A stretch of DNA of 64,000 nucleotides from a virus (IMGVR_UViG_3300023273_000426:9461-73460), one strand, 5' to 3'. Positions 47,808 to 59,138 are shown, numbered from the stretch's first letter. Notes: a model not told the origin generated them from the letters alone. Numbers and translations are program-made.

Positions 47808-50800
47808 TTAGAATGCGCCACCATCTATAGTATCTGTCCAAACTGGTGTATTATCGCCGCTGCCGACTACTGTTAGTACTTGGAACGATTCGCTAGTATC
47901 ACTTGTGCCTGCTGCATCAGTTACTTGAACATCTGTATCTGCATTACCATAAAGTATACCATCTGTGGTAAATGTGCTTACACCTGTACCACCATGTGCA
48001 ACTGCTAGATCATTAGTTAAACTTACTGTTCCAGTTACATGGAAGTCATGATTTACAGTTAATGTACCTGTAGCATCACCAATACTAATAGTTGTTGCTG
48101 CGCCACCAAAGTTGATAGTTGTAGCAGTATCATTTAACAAGTTAAATGTTGTTTGATTTGTGCTCAACACATCGTTGTTGATTGCTAAGTCTGTTGTAAA
48201 GGTTGATATATCTTCACTTAAACGTAGTTTCTCAACACCAGATGTTCCACCGATCATAGTGCTAAACACCATATCAAAGTCTTCTTGCAGTCCGGTGATA
48301 TCTTGTGCTATAACATCAATCTGACCTGATGTTTCAAAATTATCATTTGCTGTTTCAAGTTCAAACTTAATACCTGTACCACTTCCTGCTACCGGAGTAC
48401 CACTTATACTATGATGTGCAAAAGTCATAGGATACACAATATCATCTGCTGCACTATCTGGTGCATTAGTTATAAGTTTTAATCCATCTTGTGCAAGTAA
48501 TGTGTTTGCTCTAATATCAACAGTATCTGTTGCTAAGTTAGTAAGTTGTAATACACCACTGTTGTTGCCACCGATGTACTTTTGTACATGTAGTTCTTCA
48601 CCTATACCAACACCACCTGCAACAACAACTGCACCACTTTGATAAGTCTGACTTGGCGTTGTGTTGTTGAACGTTGTTATTACACTACTATCAATGTTAA
48701 AGTATGAGTTTCCAATAATAGCACGTTGTGATCCATTTGTAAAGAACTCAAGTTCATCGTTGTTAGCACCTGGTGATGTTTCGGGACGTATAAATGTATT
48801 TTGATCTACATCTTTAACACCGCCTAGTGAGCCCCAAGCAACGCCGTCGTATCCTTCAAATACTAACGTATCAGTGTTGAATCGTACTTGTCCTGTTGCT
48901 TCTACTGGACGAGCTGCTGTATCACCAACTGGTAGCTGTAAACTTGTAACACTGTCAATAATAACTATTTCATTATTGATAGTAAGTGTTCCAGATATTG
49001 CACCTATGTTAATATTTGTAGCTGCACCAAATGCATCAATGCGTGTAGCATTAGTGTTGAGTACATTAAAAGTACCAGTTTCGTCTGTAATAATGTTAGT
49101 ACCATTAACTTGTATGTCTCTATCTGCTATAATATCTCTATCAGCAGTAATATCAACACCAGCGTGTATGTTTCTCTGTGCGCTTAGGCCGCCTGTGATT
49201 TGTACTGCGCCAGTAACATTATCTGTAGCATCATCGTTGTTTAGTATAATGATATTTGGAGTTGTTCCAAACTCAACTACTTCCGATCCGTCAGTTGTAT
49301 CTATTACAATATAGTCACTAACATTTTCGTGTATTCTCAATACATTGGTATTGTTGTCTGGTAAGTCAATATCAGTTGCGCCGTTGATGTCAATAGTATC
49401 AACTGCTCTATCACTACCTAATACAACACTGCCGTCTGCTGTAAAATCAATGCCAACATTTAAACTTTTAGCAATGCCGACGCCGCCGTCAATAACAACC
49501 GAGCCTGTAGTTGTGCTAGTTGATTCTGTTGTATTTTCAACAAGCAATCCTGGGCGTATACCAAATGTAATAAGTTCTTCGTCTGTACGTGTGTTAATAC
49601 TAATAAAGTCTAACGAACCTTCTGTACTAATACTATATGCTTGTAAACTTTCATCTGGAATATTTAAACTAACATCACCTGTGAATACAATATCACCGTT
49701 AACTGTTAAACTACCTTGCACAAGCAAGTCAGGATTAACTGTAAATGTACCTTCTGCTGCACCCATAATAATCGAAGTAGCATCACCAAATGCATTAATA
49801 GTTGTAGCACTTGTGTTCAACAAGTTAAATGCACCTGCTGTATCTGTGCTAATCACATCACCGTTAACATCAAAGTCACCGTTGAGTGTAATATCTCCTT
49901 CTACAGTTCCGCCTGTTAGTTTGTTTAAATATCTGTTTTCAACGTATGTACTAACAGCTTTCTGTGTAGGTGCAGTATTAAAGTCTTGTGTACCAATACT
50001 TGAAATTAAGTTTGCATTGTCACTAACTTCTTTAAGTTCTACACCAACCGGAATGCCGTCTCTAATAAACGGTCCAACACTAGTTAGACCTTTTAGATCA
50101 ATTTCGTTAGCATTAAGTGTAATACTACCTGTAAGTGCGTTAACACCAAAGAAGTTACCAACTCTAAAGTTACCAATTTGGTCAACTGTACCACCTGCAA
50201 ATACTTTACCATTGCTTGTTTCGATAATCTCTTGTTCAGGAACTGCTGTGCCGCCAAAGAACGGAAGTGCATTATATGTAACACCGGCGCCAACATATTC
50301 AAACGCATGTCCTGAAGTACTAATAGTTGAAACATTATACAAGTATGCTTGCTGTGTTGTTTCGACACTTATGATACCCGGGAATACTTTAATAGATGCA
50401 CTACCACCGTATGTTGCATTTAGATCGTTGATTGCAGTTTCAACAATAGTTTCTGTTGCTCCAACAATAACATTTCTTTCGGTATTGTATATACTACTAC
50501 CAAGTTCGTGATTATGTCCTACTTCGTGCCAGCCTGTGGTATAACCTTGTATTATAGATAAGGCAACTCTATCAACTAATAGTTCAATGCTTTGTCCTAT
50601 TGTAGTATCGGCATCTGGAATAGTTGTAATCTGTGTTGCTGCGTTTCCAAAACTTTTAGTAACAACTTCGTTGTTTGCAACTTGACGCATTAGATCGCCT
50701 AGTTTATAATAACTATATGCACTAACTAGTGTTTGATCAACATTGCCTACTTTAGCTGCACCTAATATAGTGCCACTGTAGTATGCTTCGGCTGCTCTAC

Positions 50801-53800
50801 GAGATTGTTTGTTACCACCGTACATTGTATCATATAATACAGCGTCAATAATATATCCAGTATCTCTTTCACAAACTTCAATGCCATATTCAAAACCTAT
50901 TATATTGTCTTGAATATATGTAATAACGCCGTTTTGTATATTTGTTTTTTGTGCAAGCAATGCATTAGCTGCCGATCTTGTTGTTTGAGGAAGCCAACTA
51001 AAGTCTGGATTAACTTCTCCTGGAACACCAACTAATGTATTGTTTTCAATAGCACCTTTGATAATACCTATTAGGCCAACTGCTGTTGAACTTTCAATAC
51101 TTGTACCATAAGCACCACCTAAAACTTGTGATTCTGGATTTCCAACAGTTGGAGTTACACCAATACCTTCTATACATTTTAAAGCAACATCTTGTAAGTG
51201 TGTATATGCTGCAACTGTGTTTGCTCGTTGACTTTCAGGAATATATGCTACTGCTCCTAAGAAGTATGCATTAGTAGCAATGATTGTTTGTATATTACCT
51301 GTGTATAGCAAATCGTATGCTACTGCATCAATAATAAGACCTGTGTCATTTCTACAACTTGTTTGGTTGTATGAGAACGCATCATAGTTGTCTTGAAGTT
51401 CAGTTATTGTGTTAGCAACAATAGTATCTTTTGCTGCTTCTAAACTTGCAATAGCAGTTTGTGCGCCAGCAGTTGCCCAAGTAGTATCTGGGTAAACTAC
51501 AGTTGGAAGATTATCAACACCATCAGTGATAACATTTTGGAATATTGTTAATAGTTCATCTGCTCTAGTTACTTCAGTTGCTGTTGCAGCGCCCGCAGTT
51601 GTATCTTGTACTACACCTGTTTGTTCAGGATCATCGTATAATGTATCAAGTAATATACTTCCAAGTAACGTGTTTACCCATCCTAATGCTGCTGCTGTTT
51701 CTGGCTGTTGTCCTACAACTTGACTTACATATCCAACATAGTATGCTTGTGCTGCTTGGTAAGTAGCACTATTACCGCCATATAGAATGTCATATGTAAG
51801 AGCATCAACAATATAACCTGTATCTCTTTCACACTTTGCACTATTAAATGTAAAGCTTCTTGTAAATGTTTTATTAATAAAGTTAATAACATCTGTTTTA
51901 TAAAACTCTACTTTTGTAACACTGTTTAGGTCTGCAAAGTCTGTTTGCAGCTCTGCGGCTGTCCAAGTAATGTCTGTAAGAATATCTGCTGGAATAGAAT
52001 CTATATTGTTGTTGTTAACAACATCTTCAACTATTTGCAACAAGTCTTGTGCTTCGCCAGCTGTACCAGCATCAGCTCCTGGATTTGATGTATTTTGTGT
52101 TACGCCTACTTGTTCTGTAGATCCGTGTGTAATATTTTGTATAACATCAGATGCTACATTTGCCAGTTCGTTAAATGCTGCAACTGTAGCTGCTTGTTGT
52201 CCTGCTCCAAGTTGAGAAGCTGCGCCAACAAAATAACTTTCTGCTGCATTTTTAGATGCCAGGTTGCCGCGATATATGATATCATAACAAATAGCATCAA
52301 TGATGTATTTGGTGTCTCTTTCACATTTTGCTGCATCAAATACTAGAAGTGGAAAGTTATTAGTAACATATGCGCTAGTTTCTTTTGCTAAGAAGTCTCT
52401 GTTTGCTTGTAGCTGAGTTACTGCCAACGGATAGTTAGCATTTAATCCACTATCTGGGAATGTTAACGTATCTGCCGAAGCGTCAGTACTTACAACACCA
52501 TTGTTAATAATATCAAGTATTTCATTAAATCCTGCAAGTACACGACTTCTAAATGTTCCTGACAACTGTGTTTCGTTGGTATTAATAGTGTCTCTTAGAT
52601 ATTCAATAGATTTTACTGTTTGTAAAAGTTGTGATCCAACAGCTACCGCAGCATTTGCTCTTTGATATGCAAGTCCTGCTGTTACTTGATTGAAGTTAGT
52701 TCCTATTGCTGCGTCATAACACACAGCTTCAATCATAATACCTACATCTCTAGCACACTTTGCTTCATCATATGTAAAGTTCTGGAAGTTATTTGCAATC
52801 CAAATAATAACAGATTCTTTTACATCATCTTTATTACCTTTGATAGTGCTATATGCTTGTTGTAAAACACTAGTTGACCAAGTAACTGATGGTAGTTGTA
52901 CCGATGGTAGTCCAGCAATGTTTCCTGCTGTAATAACATCTTCGATGATCTGTACCAGTCCTGATAGATCATCAACTTCTGTTGAACTTGCTGGAGTTCC
53001 GCTAGTATCTTGTACTAAAACGTTGCCTGGGCTATTTTCAACAACTGCTTCGATAACAATATCGCCAACAACTTGTCCAAGTCTGTTGTATGCTGCTGCT
53101 GTTGCTTCTGCTTCGCCTGCACCTAACTGACTTGCTACTCCAACAAAATATGATTGTGCTGCTAGTTGCGTTGCACTGTTGCCGCCATATAAAATATCGT
53201 GACATAATGCATCAACAATATATCCAACATCTCTTCTACATTTAGTTGCATCATAGCTTAGTAATGGATAGTTAGCAGTAATCCATCTAATGATTTCTTC
53301 TTGGATATATGCTTTGTTGGCAATCAACTGATCTTTTGCTTCAACAGCGTTTGTTGATGGTAGCGTTCCAGGTGTTGGAAATACTAATGCATCTGCTGCA
53401 TCGTCTGTACTGATATTTCCGTTTTCTAAAATATCAATAATCTCATCCATTGCAGATTCAGCTCTTGGTTCTGCTGTGTCGCTTAATCCAAGTTTTACTA
53501 TTTCTTTTTTAAGCTCTCTTAGTGCTCCTGATGTTTGTATTAGCTGATCATCTTGTAAATCTGCGCTACTTGCTCTTTGATATGCAAGACCAGCTGTTAC
53601 ACTGTTATAGTTTGTTCCTAGTGCAACATCAAGTGCAACAGCATCCATTATTAACCCAATATCTCTTTCACACTTTTCTTGATTGTATGTAAAGTCTTTG
53701 TAGTTATTTGTAATAAATGTTGCTGCTTCTTTTTGTAAGAATGCTCGGTTTGCTACCATTTGATCTTTTGCATTGATCTGCCCAGTAGTTGCACCAGTTG

Positions 53801-56800
53801 GGTTGGTCCATGTTAATGTATCTGCAAATCCAATGCCGTTTGTAACAATATCAACTACTTCGTCAAATGCTGCGCCTACGGCTGTTTGTGTTGTTGCATC
53901 ACTAGCTGTTGCTGTACTTGCTTCGCCTTTGGCAAAGTTAATAGCTGCTAGTGTTTCTGTTAGCTGATCCGATAATACTGCTCCGGCATTTACTCTTAGA
54001 TATGCTAGTCCGTTGGTTACACTGTTGTAGTTCGTTCCAAGCAATGCATCGTATCCGGCACCTGAAATAATCAGTCCTGTGTCTCTTTCGCATTTAGCTT
54101 GATCATATACAAAGTTGTTAGCATTAATGTATGCAATAACTTCTTCTGTTAAAAAGGCTTTGTTTGCAACAAACTGCGAATGTGCGTCAATAAGTGCATC
54201 AGCTGCTGGACCTGGTTCTGGATATTCTCTGCCTTCACTCGGTAGTTGGTTAAACTCAATAATATCAAATATATTATCAAATAAGTCAGATACCTTATTC
54301 TGGAATGCTGCTTCACCGTTTGCTGCTGCTACAGTCAAACGCTTTGCTTCTCTTAGTGCAATAATGGTTGCAGGCTTTTGTTCGCCATTTAAGTAAGCAA
54401 CATTTGCACGATTGTAAGCTAGTCCTGCTGTAATACTGTTTTGGTTTGTTCCAAGTTGTGCGTCTCTATATACTGCATCAACCATATATCCAACATCTCT
54501 TTTACATTTTTCTTCGTTGTAGGTTAGTGTTGGATTGTTGACTAAGTTATATGCTATTGCATCTGCAATAATAGTTGAGATAACCGAAAGAAGTTTATTC
54601 GAAGCATTTACTTGTCCTGCTGGCTCATTTTCTGTGTTCGGATAAGATTTAGTAGGTAAGCCAGCAACACTTTGTGCATCAATAACACTTTCAACTATTT
54701 GCACTAATCCGTCTAATAATGTAGCTTCGATTTGTGTAGCATCACCGCTTGTAAAATCTTGTGTTTCTGCATTACCTGATGTTTTTGTAACACTAAGTCC
54801 TCTGATAATACGTTGTACAATAAATCTTACTCTTGCAAATGAATCTTCAAATGCTTGTTGATTTGTATTAGTAAAGTTACTCCAAGTTACACTTTTAAAG
54901 AACCATGTTGTTTCTTGTACTGTTGCATTGTTACCACCATATAAAATATCATATGAAAGAGCATCAACAAAGTTTTCAACATATGCTTCCCATTCTGATG
55001 CAGTATAAGTTAGTGTACTATCAAGAGTATCTAGGTAAGCAATAAACTCTGCAACAATAAAATCTTTGTTTGCTTGTAAATGATCTTTTGCATCAATACC
55101 GTTTTGTGTAACACCAACACTTTCTGCATATGTAGGCAAAATACCTGTACTATCACCATCGTCAACTACATTAATAATAATATCAAATGCTTCATTGACT
55201 CTAGTTACCGAAGTAGGATCTGTGTTAACTTCTGTATATCCTAATACTAACGATCTTAAATAAGCAAAACTTGAAACATAAAGATTTTTAAACCTTGTTC
55301 TTGATCTAAATTCTTTTGCTTGTCTAACTATAACATGGTCGCCACCTGTAGCAACATAATAAGAAAGAGCAGTTAAGAATACTGTCATATCTTCGTCAAA
55401 CCAGGCTTGATTATAACTTAGTTCTGTAAACTGATCATTAATATAAGCAGTTAGTTCTGCAATAATAAAGTCTCTATTTTCTAGAATATTATTTTTTGCT
55501 TCAATGATTTCGCCATCTATACTACTTAAATCATTAAACGAGGATTCGATCTGATCTCCAACAAATGGAATGCCAGTACTATCACCTGCTGCAAGTGTGC
55601 TAGTAACAATATTAAATCGTTGATCAAGTTCCTCTTTCATTGCAAGATTTGAAGTTAACGCTTTCATTTCGTCACGTGTTGCTTCTAATGCATATATAGT
55701 AGGAGCAAGTTGATCAAGAATAACTTTAGTAGAAGTAGCTCTTAAATAACTTTGTGCTGCTGTAGTTGTTTGATAATATGTACCCATAACAATGTCACTA
55801 GTTAGTGCATCTATAATACGTCTAACATCGCGTTCGCAGGTTTCTTGATTATATACAAAAGGTTGTTCTGCAATAGTATTTGAAGTAATATAATAAAATG
55901 TGTCGTCGCCGTCAAACTTAATAACAGAACCAGTTTGTGGTTTGTCTCGCAAACTTGAAATAGAAATCGTAGAGTTTGTTCTTAGATTTACTGTTCCAGT
56001 TGCCTGTAGTGTGGCACCGCCACCTGTAAATGTAATAGTTGGAACACTTTTGTATCCACTACCATTGTCGCTAATACTAACTGCTGCAAGTTCGCCTGTA
56101 GTTAAATCAACTTGTGCTGTAGCAACTGCTGTTGTTCCGCTTAGTGCTTCTGGCGCACTGATAGTTACTGTAGGTGTACTAGTGTATCCAGTTCCTGCAA
56201 AAGATAATGTTACACTGCCTACTGTCGAATAATAGTCTTCGTCGGCTGTTGCAGTAGTATATGCTACCGGATAGTATCCATCTGCTACAACACCATTTGT
56301 GCCAAAGTCACTAACACTGTTTGAAATACTTAAATATCCACCTTTGGTGGTTAAGAAACCTGTGCTACAGAAAACCGAGAAGCAACTAACAATCTGTGTA
56401 TAACCAAAGTTAGTAACATGGAACCCAATGCCCCCTTGTGAAATCTGTGTAAAAGCATCTGCAACAAAACTGAATACAAGTGATGCTGGGTCATAATCAT
56501 CGCCATCGACTAAAAGACCACCGCCGCCACCGTTTGGGTTAATTTGTTTTTCTAGTGGAACATTTGGGTTATCTGCCAACAATATTGGCTTTGCACCTGG
56601 TGTGATTCCTTCGATTTGAACAGTTTCAAAAGGAATAAATTCAGTACCATCGTTCAGCCAAGGACCGTTCATATTAGTACAGTTTTGTACATATGGTGAT
56701 GTTGTAACAAGTGCGCCTGGGCGTATTCTTGCACACCAACCTGGCGCACGTAATCCTCTAAATGTTATCTGATACAAATAACACGCATTGCCCATAAGGA

Positions 56801-57209
56801 AGAAATCCGATGTAGGATTCTTCGGAAACACTCTAGTATTTCTAAGTTCGCCTTGTCCAGTAACAGTAACAAAATCTCTCAATGTTATTGGATTGTTTTC
56901 ATAGTAGTCGCCTGGCGCAACAATAATAGTTGAACCAATCGGAGCTACTTCTGATGCACGTTTTATACTAGCAAATGCGCCATTTTTATCTGCACTTCTA
57001 CCATCATTGTCGTCATTTCCATCTTCAGTAACATAATATACGTTAGTAACCTTTGGACCAGTTGTATCACCTGTGGTGATCATGTTGGCATTTACACGAA
57101 ACTCCTTGCCCTCGGCAAGGTTCATTTCCATGTCGCCATCAGATGTGAGAATAAAGGTTTTATCCCCTATTTTTCTGCTATGTATCGACTGTCTTTTAAT
57201 ATAACTCAT
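47808..57209 (-). CDS. giant virion structural/fibre protein (3133 aa)
   Basis: N-terminal beta-helix-like domain (YYV..DG.D.NDG, SPYVQNC) paralogous to the neighbouring giant gene, many F.Y...KCERD.G.I.DA...D repeats and C-terminal IDGGAF. Confidence 0.8.
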   Translation of the reverse strand: MSYIKRQSIHSRKIGDKTFILTSDGDMEMNLAEGKEFRVNANMITTGDTTGPKVTNVYYVTEDGNDDNDGRSADKNGAFASIKRASEVAPIGSTIIVAPGDYYENNPITLRDFVTVTGQGELRNTRVFPKNPTSDFFLMGNACYLYQITFRGLRAPGWCARIRPGALVTTSPYVQNCTNMNGPWLNDGTEFIPFETVQIEGITPGAKPILLADNPNVPLEKQINPNGGGGGLLVDGDDYDPASLVFSFVADAFTQISQGGIGFHVTNFGYTQIVSCFSVFCSTGFLTTKGGYLSISNSVSDFGTNGVVADGYYPVAYTTATADEDYYSTVGSVTLSFAGTGYTSTPTVTISAPEALSGTTAVATAQVDLTTGELAAVSISDNGSGYKSVPTITFTGGGATLQATGTVNLRTNSTISISSLRDKPQTGSVIKFDGDDTFYYITSNTIAEQPFVYNQETCERDVRRIIDALTSDIVMGTYYQTTTAAQSYLRATSTKVILDQLAPTIYALEATRDEMKALTSNLAMKEELDQRFNIVTSTLAAGDSTGIPFVGDQIESSFNDLSSIDGEIIEAKNNILENRDFIIAELTAYINDQFTELSYNQAWFDEDMTVFLTALSYYVATGGDHVIVRQAKEFRSRTRFKNLYVSSFAYLRSLVLGYTEVNTDPTSVTRVNEAFDIIINVVDDGDSTGILPTYAESVGVTQNGIDAKDHLQANKDFIVAEFIAYLDTLDSTLTYTASEWEAYVENFVDALSYDILYGGNNATVQETTWFFKSVTWSNFTNTNQQAFEDSFARVRFIVQRIIRGLSVTKTSGNAETQDFTSGDATQIEATLLDGLVQIVESVIDAQSVAGLPTKSYPNTENEPAGQVNASNKLLSVISTIIADAIAYNLVNNPTLTYNEEKCKRDVGYMVDAVYRDAQLGTNQNSITAGLAYNRANVAYLNGEQKPATIIALREAKRLTVAAANGEAAFQNKVSDLFDNIFDIIEFNQLPSEGREYPEPGPAADALIDAHSQFVANKAFLTEEVIAYINANNFVYDQAKCERDTGLIISGAGYDALLGTNYNSVTNGLAYLRVNAGAVLSDQLTETLAAINFAKGEASTATASDATTQTAVGAAFDEVVDIVTNGIGFADTLTWTNPTGATTGQINAKDQMVANRAFLQKEAATFITNNYKDFTYNQEKCERDIGLIMDAVALDVALGTNYNSVTAGLAYQRASSADLQDDQLIQTSGALRELKKEIVKLGLSDTAEPRAESAMDEIIDILENGNISTDDAADALVFPTPGTLPSTNAVEAKDQLIANKAYIQEEIIRWITANYPLLSYDATKCRRDVGYIVDALCHDILYGGNSATQLAAQSYFVGVASQLGAGEAEATAAAYNRLGQVVGDIVIEAVVENSPGNVLVQDTSGTPASSTEVDDLSGLVQIIEDVITAGNIAGLPSVQLPSVTWSTSVLQQAYSTIKGNKDDVKESVIIWIANNFQNFTYDEAKCARDVGIMIEAVCYDAAIGTNFNQVTAGLAYQRANAAVAVGSQLLQTVKSIEYLRDTINTNETQLSGTFRSRVLAGFNEILDIINNGVVSTDASADTLTFPDSGLNANYPLAVTQLQANRDFLAKETSAYVTNNFPLLVFDAAKCERDTKYIIDAICYDIIYRGNLASKNAAESYFVGAASQLGAGQQAATVAAFNELANVASDVIQNITHGSTEQVGVTQNTSNPGADAGTAGEAQDLLQIVEDVVNNNNIDSIPADILTDITWTAAELQTDFADLNSVTKVEFYKTDVINFINKTFTRSFTFNSAKCERDTGYIVDALTYDILYGGNSATYQAAQAYYVGYVSQVVGQQPETAAALGWVNTLLGSILLDTLYDDPEQTGVVQDTTAGAATATEVTRADELLTIFQNVITDGVDNLPTVVYPDTTWATAGAQTAIASLEAAKDTIVANTITELQDNYDAFSYNQTSCRNDTGLIIDAVAYDLLYTGNIQTIIATNAYFLGAVAYIPESQRANTVAAYTHLQDVALKCIEGIGVTPTVGNPESQVLGGAYGTSIESSTAVGLIGIIKGAIENNTLVGVPGEVNPDFSWLPQTTRSAANALLAQKTNIQNGVITYIQDNIIGFEYGIEVCERDTGYIIDAVLYDTMYGGNKQSRRAAEAYYSGTILGAAKVGNVDQTLVSAYSYYKLGDLMRQVANNEVVTKSFGNAATQITTIPDADTTIGQSIELLVDRVALSIIQGYTTGWHEVGHNHELGSSIYNTERNVIVGATETIVETAINDLNATYGGSASIKVFPGIISVETTQQAYLYNVSTISTSGHAFEYVGAGVTYNALPFFGGTAVPEQEIIETSNGKVFAGGTVDQIGNFRVGNFFGVNALTGSITLNANEIDLKGLTSVGPFIRDGIPVGVELKEVSDNANLISSIGTQDFNTAPTQKAVSTYVENRYLNKLTGGTVEGDITLNGDFDVNGDVISTDTAGAFNLLNTSATTINAFGDATSIIMGAAEGTFTVNPDLLVQGSLTVNGDIVFTGDVSLNIPDESLQAYSISTEGSLDFISINTRTDEELITFGIRPGLLVENTTESTSTTTGSVVIDGGVGIAKSLNVGIDFTADGSVVLGSDRAVDTIDINGATDIDLPDNNTNVLRIHENVSDYIVIDTTDGSEVVEFGTTPNIIILNNDDATDNVTGAVQITGGLSAQRNIHAGVDITADRDIIADRDIQVNGTNIITDETGTFNVLNTNATRIDAFGAATNINIGAISGTLTINNEIVIIDSVTSLQLPVGDTAARPVEATGQVRFNTDTLVFEGYDGVAWGSLGGVKDVDQNTFIRPETSPGANNDELEFFTNGSQRAIIGNSYFNIDSSVITTFNNTTPSQTYQSGAVVVAGGVGIGEELHVQKYIGGNNSGVLQLTNLATDTVDIRANTLLAQDGLKLITNAPDSAADDIVYPMTFAHHSISGTPVAGSGTGIKFELETANDNFETSGQIDVIAQDITGLQEDFDMVFSTMIGGTSGVEKLRLSEDISTFTTDLAINNDVLSTNQTTFNLLNDTATTINFGGAATTISIGDATGTLTVNHDFHVTGTVSLTNDLAVAHGGTGVSTFTTDGILYGNADTDVQVTDAAGTSDTSESFQVLTVVGSGDNTPVWTDTIDGGAF

Positions 57210-57542
57210 TTACACTTCCAAATAACTTAATGTTGCTGATAGATTTGTTGGCGCTGCTCCTATTAGCATAACTCTGTCTCCTGCTTCCAATATTAATCGT
57301 TCTGCCGAGAATGTAAACGTATCAGCTGCACCAATTTCTAAATCATTTAATATTAAGTTATCGGTTGTTTTGACTGCACCATTAGGAATAATATGAACAT
57401 CAACTTTAGTATCATTACTACCTGTTCCGTCATTGAGACCTGTATTACATATTAGCAGAGTTGTTAATGCAAACTTCTTTTCTGCTGGTACAGTTAAAAG
57501 AGTTGTATCTGTTGTTAATATTGCTGCATTTACTATCGCCAT
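57210..57542 (-). CDS. small virion structural protein (beta-sandwich)
   Basis: 110 aa with an LLICN..L.LE.GDR...S.LE pattern. AAGGA RBS. Confidence 0.55.
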   Translation of the reverse strand: MAIVNAAILTTDTTLLTVPAEKKFALTTLLICNTGLNDGTGSNDTKVDVHIIPNGAVKTTDNLILNDLEIGAADTFTFSAERLILEAGDRVMLIGAAPTNLSATLSYLEV

Positions 57543-57552
57543 TGTTTCTTCC

Positions 57553-58602
57553 TTAAAAAATAATACTATAAAGCAACGCTTTATTTCTGCTTACAAGTTC
57601 GTCTTCGGTACCGTCTGCGTTTATAAAATATAAACCAGTACCGCCGTCTCCAAGTGTTTTACTATATAAAGTACTACCTGCACTTGGTGGGCTTGCTGGC
57701 GTTACTTCTTCTGTAAAGTTTAACCAGCCATCAATTTGTACTCTTCCTGTTCCTGATCCTTTTAAGATTATATCACTATTAATACCCGAGGTAGTAACAA
57801 TATTATCATCAAATCTTAAATCTTCAAACTCAACTCTAGATTGGAAAAACGTAGCAATAACACTTTGATCAACTGCTATTTCAACTCGACTAGTTCCGCC
57901 ACCTGTTTCGGTATCGTATACCTGAACACTTGTCGGATCTAATGTACCTGTTGTTATCTTATCCTGGAAGTTGTATGTAAAATATCCATTTACATAATCA
58001 AGCAATCCTCTAGTATTAACTAAAGCATCATCATTTACAGGGACACTAAGTCCGTCGGATTGCGAAGGATCTGGAGTAATATCACTTCCAGTATAAGGCC
58101 ATATTTGTTTTTCGTAATCAGTAGTACCAGTAACATCAACGACACCAGTTCCGCCGCCTATCAAATATAAGTTTTGATTTTCAGTGGAAATAATACTACT
58201 AGTATGAATGCCCGAAAGATTTCCACTTTCTAGTTTGAAAATATACGCACCTTCATTAGCCGGTTGTGCGCCATTTCTTATGGTTTTTAATGTTTCATCA
58301 TACAAAAATCTTGCATTAAACGCATCTGGGCCACGATCAATGATAACACCAGAGGTTCTGCCGTTACCATCGCCAATGTCAGTGATCCCGCCGTCTCCGC
58401 CGGGATCGCCATTATTAATAGTGATAGTTTTATCATCAACTATTAATTCTGCCGACCCAATACTAGTTTGATCGCCTAGTACATCTAAGTCGCCATTAAT
58501 AGTAACCTTACCTGTTAACCCAACGTCAAGAACAATCTCTCCATCAGGATTTACAGATATGGTATACTTGTCAGTACCTATGCGATTAAAACGTTCAGCC
58601 AT
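57553..58602 (-). CDS. virion structural/fibre-associated protein
   Basis: 349 aa with INGDLDVLG fibre-like repeats and C-terminal ELVSRNKALLYSIIF. Confidence 0.55.
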   Translation of the reverse strand: MAERFNRIGTDKYTISVNPDGEIVLDVGLTGKVTINGDLDVLGDQTSIGSAELIVDDKTITINNGDPGGDGGITDIGDGNGRTSGVIIDRGPDAFNARFLYDETLKTIRNGAQPANEGAYIFKLESGNLSGIHTSSIISTENQNLYLIGGGTGVVDVTGTTDYEKQIWPYTGSDITPDPSQSDGLSVPVNDDALVNTRGLLDYVNGYFTYNFQDKITTGTLDPTSVQVYDTETGGGTSRVEIAVDQSVIATFFQSRVEFEDLRFDDNIVTTSGINSDIILKGSGTGRVQIDGWLNFTEEVTPASPPSAGSTLYSKTLGDGGTGLYFINADGTEDELVSRNKALLYSIIF

Positions 58603-58612
58603 TTAAGTTTCC

Positions 58613-59014
58613 TTAAACTGCTGTTAATACAATGTAATCGTTTGTCGAATCGTTTTCTAATGCCCAAGTATATCTATTACCCGAGAAGTCAGTAGCAACA
58701 CGTTTTGTGATTTTTGCAAGATTAACTTCGGCGCCTGAGTTTGAATCTACACGGCCGAACATGCGCATTTCGCCTAATGCACTTGGTGTACCATTTTTAA
58801 GAACACAAGTTGTTGTACTTGTTGAATCTTTAATGTTCGGCGAACCTACGTTTGCATCTTGTGTACAAACAAAAGTTTTTGCTCCACGCTGCTTAACTAT
58901 AGCACCGTCTGTTCTTAATGATGCATCGTAGAATTCTACTCTTACACCAGTGTTGCCATCAGCATCGCCGATAACATCAACACCGTTAATATCTTTTTTT
59001 AGTGGACGTCCCAT
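58613..59014 (-). CDS. hypothetical late protein, probable virion/head decoration
   Basis: 133 aa starting MGRPL. AAGGAG RBS and a late promoter at 59101-59108. Confidence 0.6.
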   Translation of the reverse strand: MGRPLKKDINGVDVIGDADGNTGVRVEFYDASLRTDGAIVKQRGAKTFVCTQDANVGSPNIKDSTSTTTCVLKNGTPSALGEMRMFGRVDSNSGAEVNLAKITKRVATDFSGNRYTWALENDSTNDYIVLTAV

Positions 59015-59108
59015 TTTGTTTCTCCTTATGACGTTCTAGGTCTACACAGATGGTATTCTGCGTAAGTCCAGTTTTTCTGGCTCTTTTATACCTACACAAG
59101 TATTTATC
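59015..59108 (-). promoter_or_regulatory. late promoter plus structured 5' leader
   Basis: GATAAATA, then stems TAGGT/ACCTA, CCAG/CTGG and TACGCAGA/TCTGTGTA before the RBS. Confidence 0.5.
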
Positions 59109-59138
59109 TAAAAGAATAAAATGGGTTATAATGTTCGT

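Noticed and set aside
49345-50511. 388-aa plus-strand ORF, and many similar ones such as 38336-39094 and 63106-63552
   Set aside because: These are antisense shadows of long minus-strand genes with biased codon use. They have no RBS or recognisable motifs.
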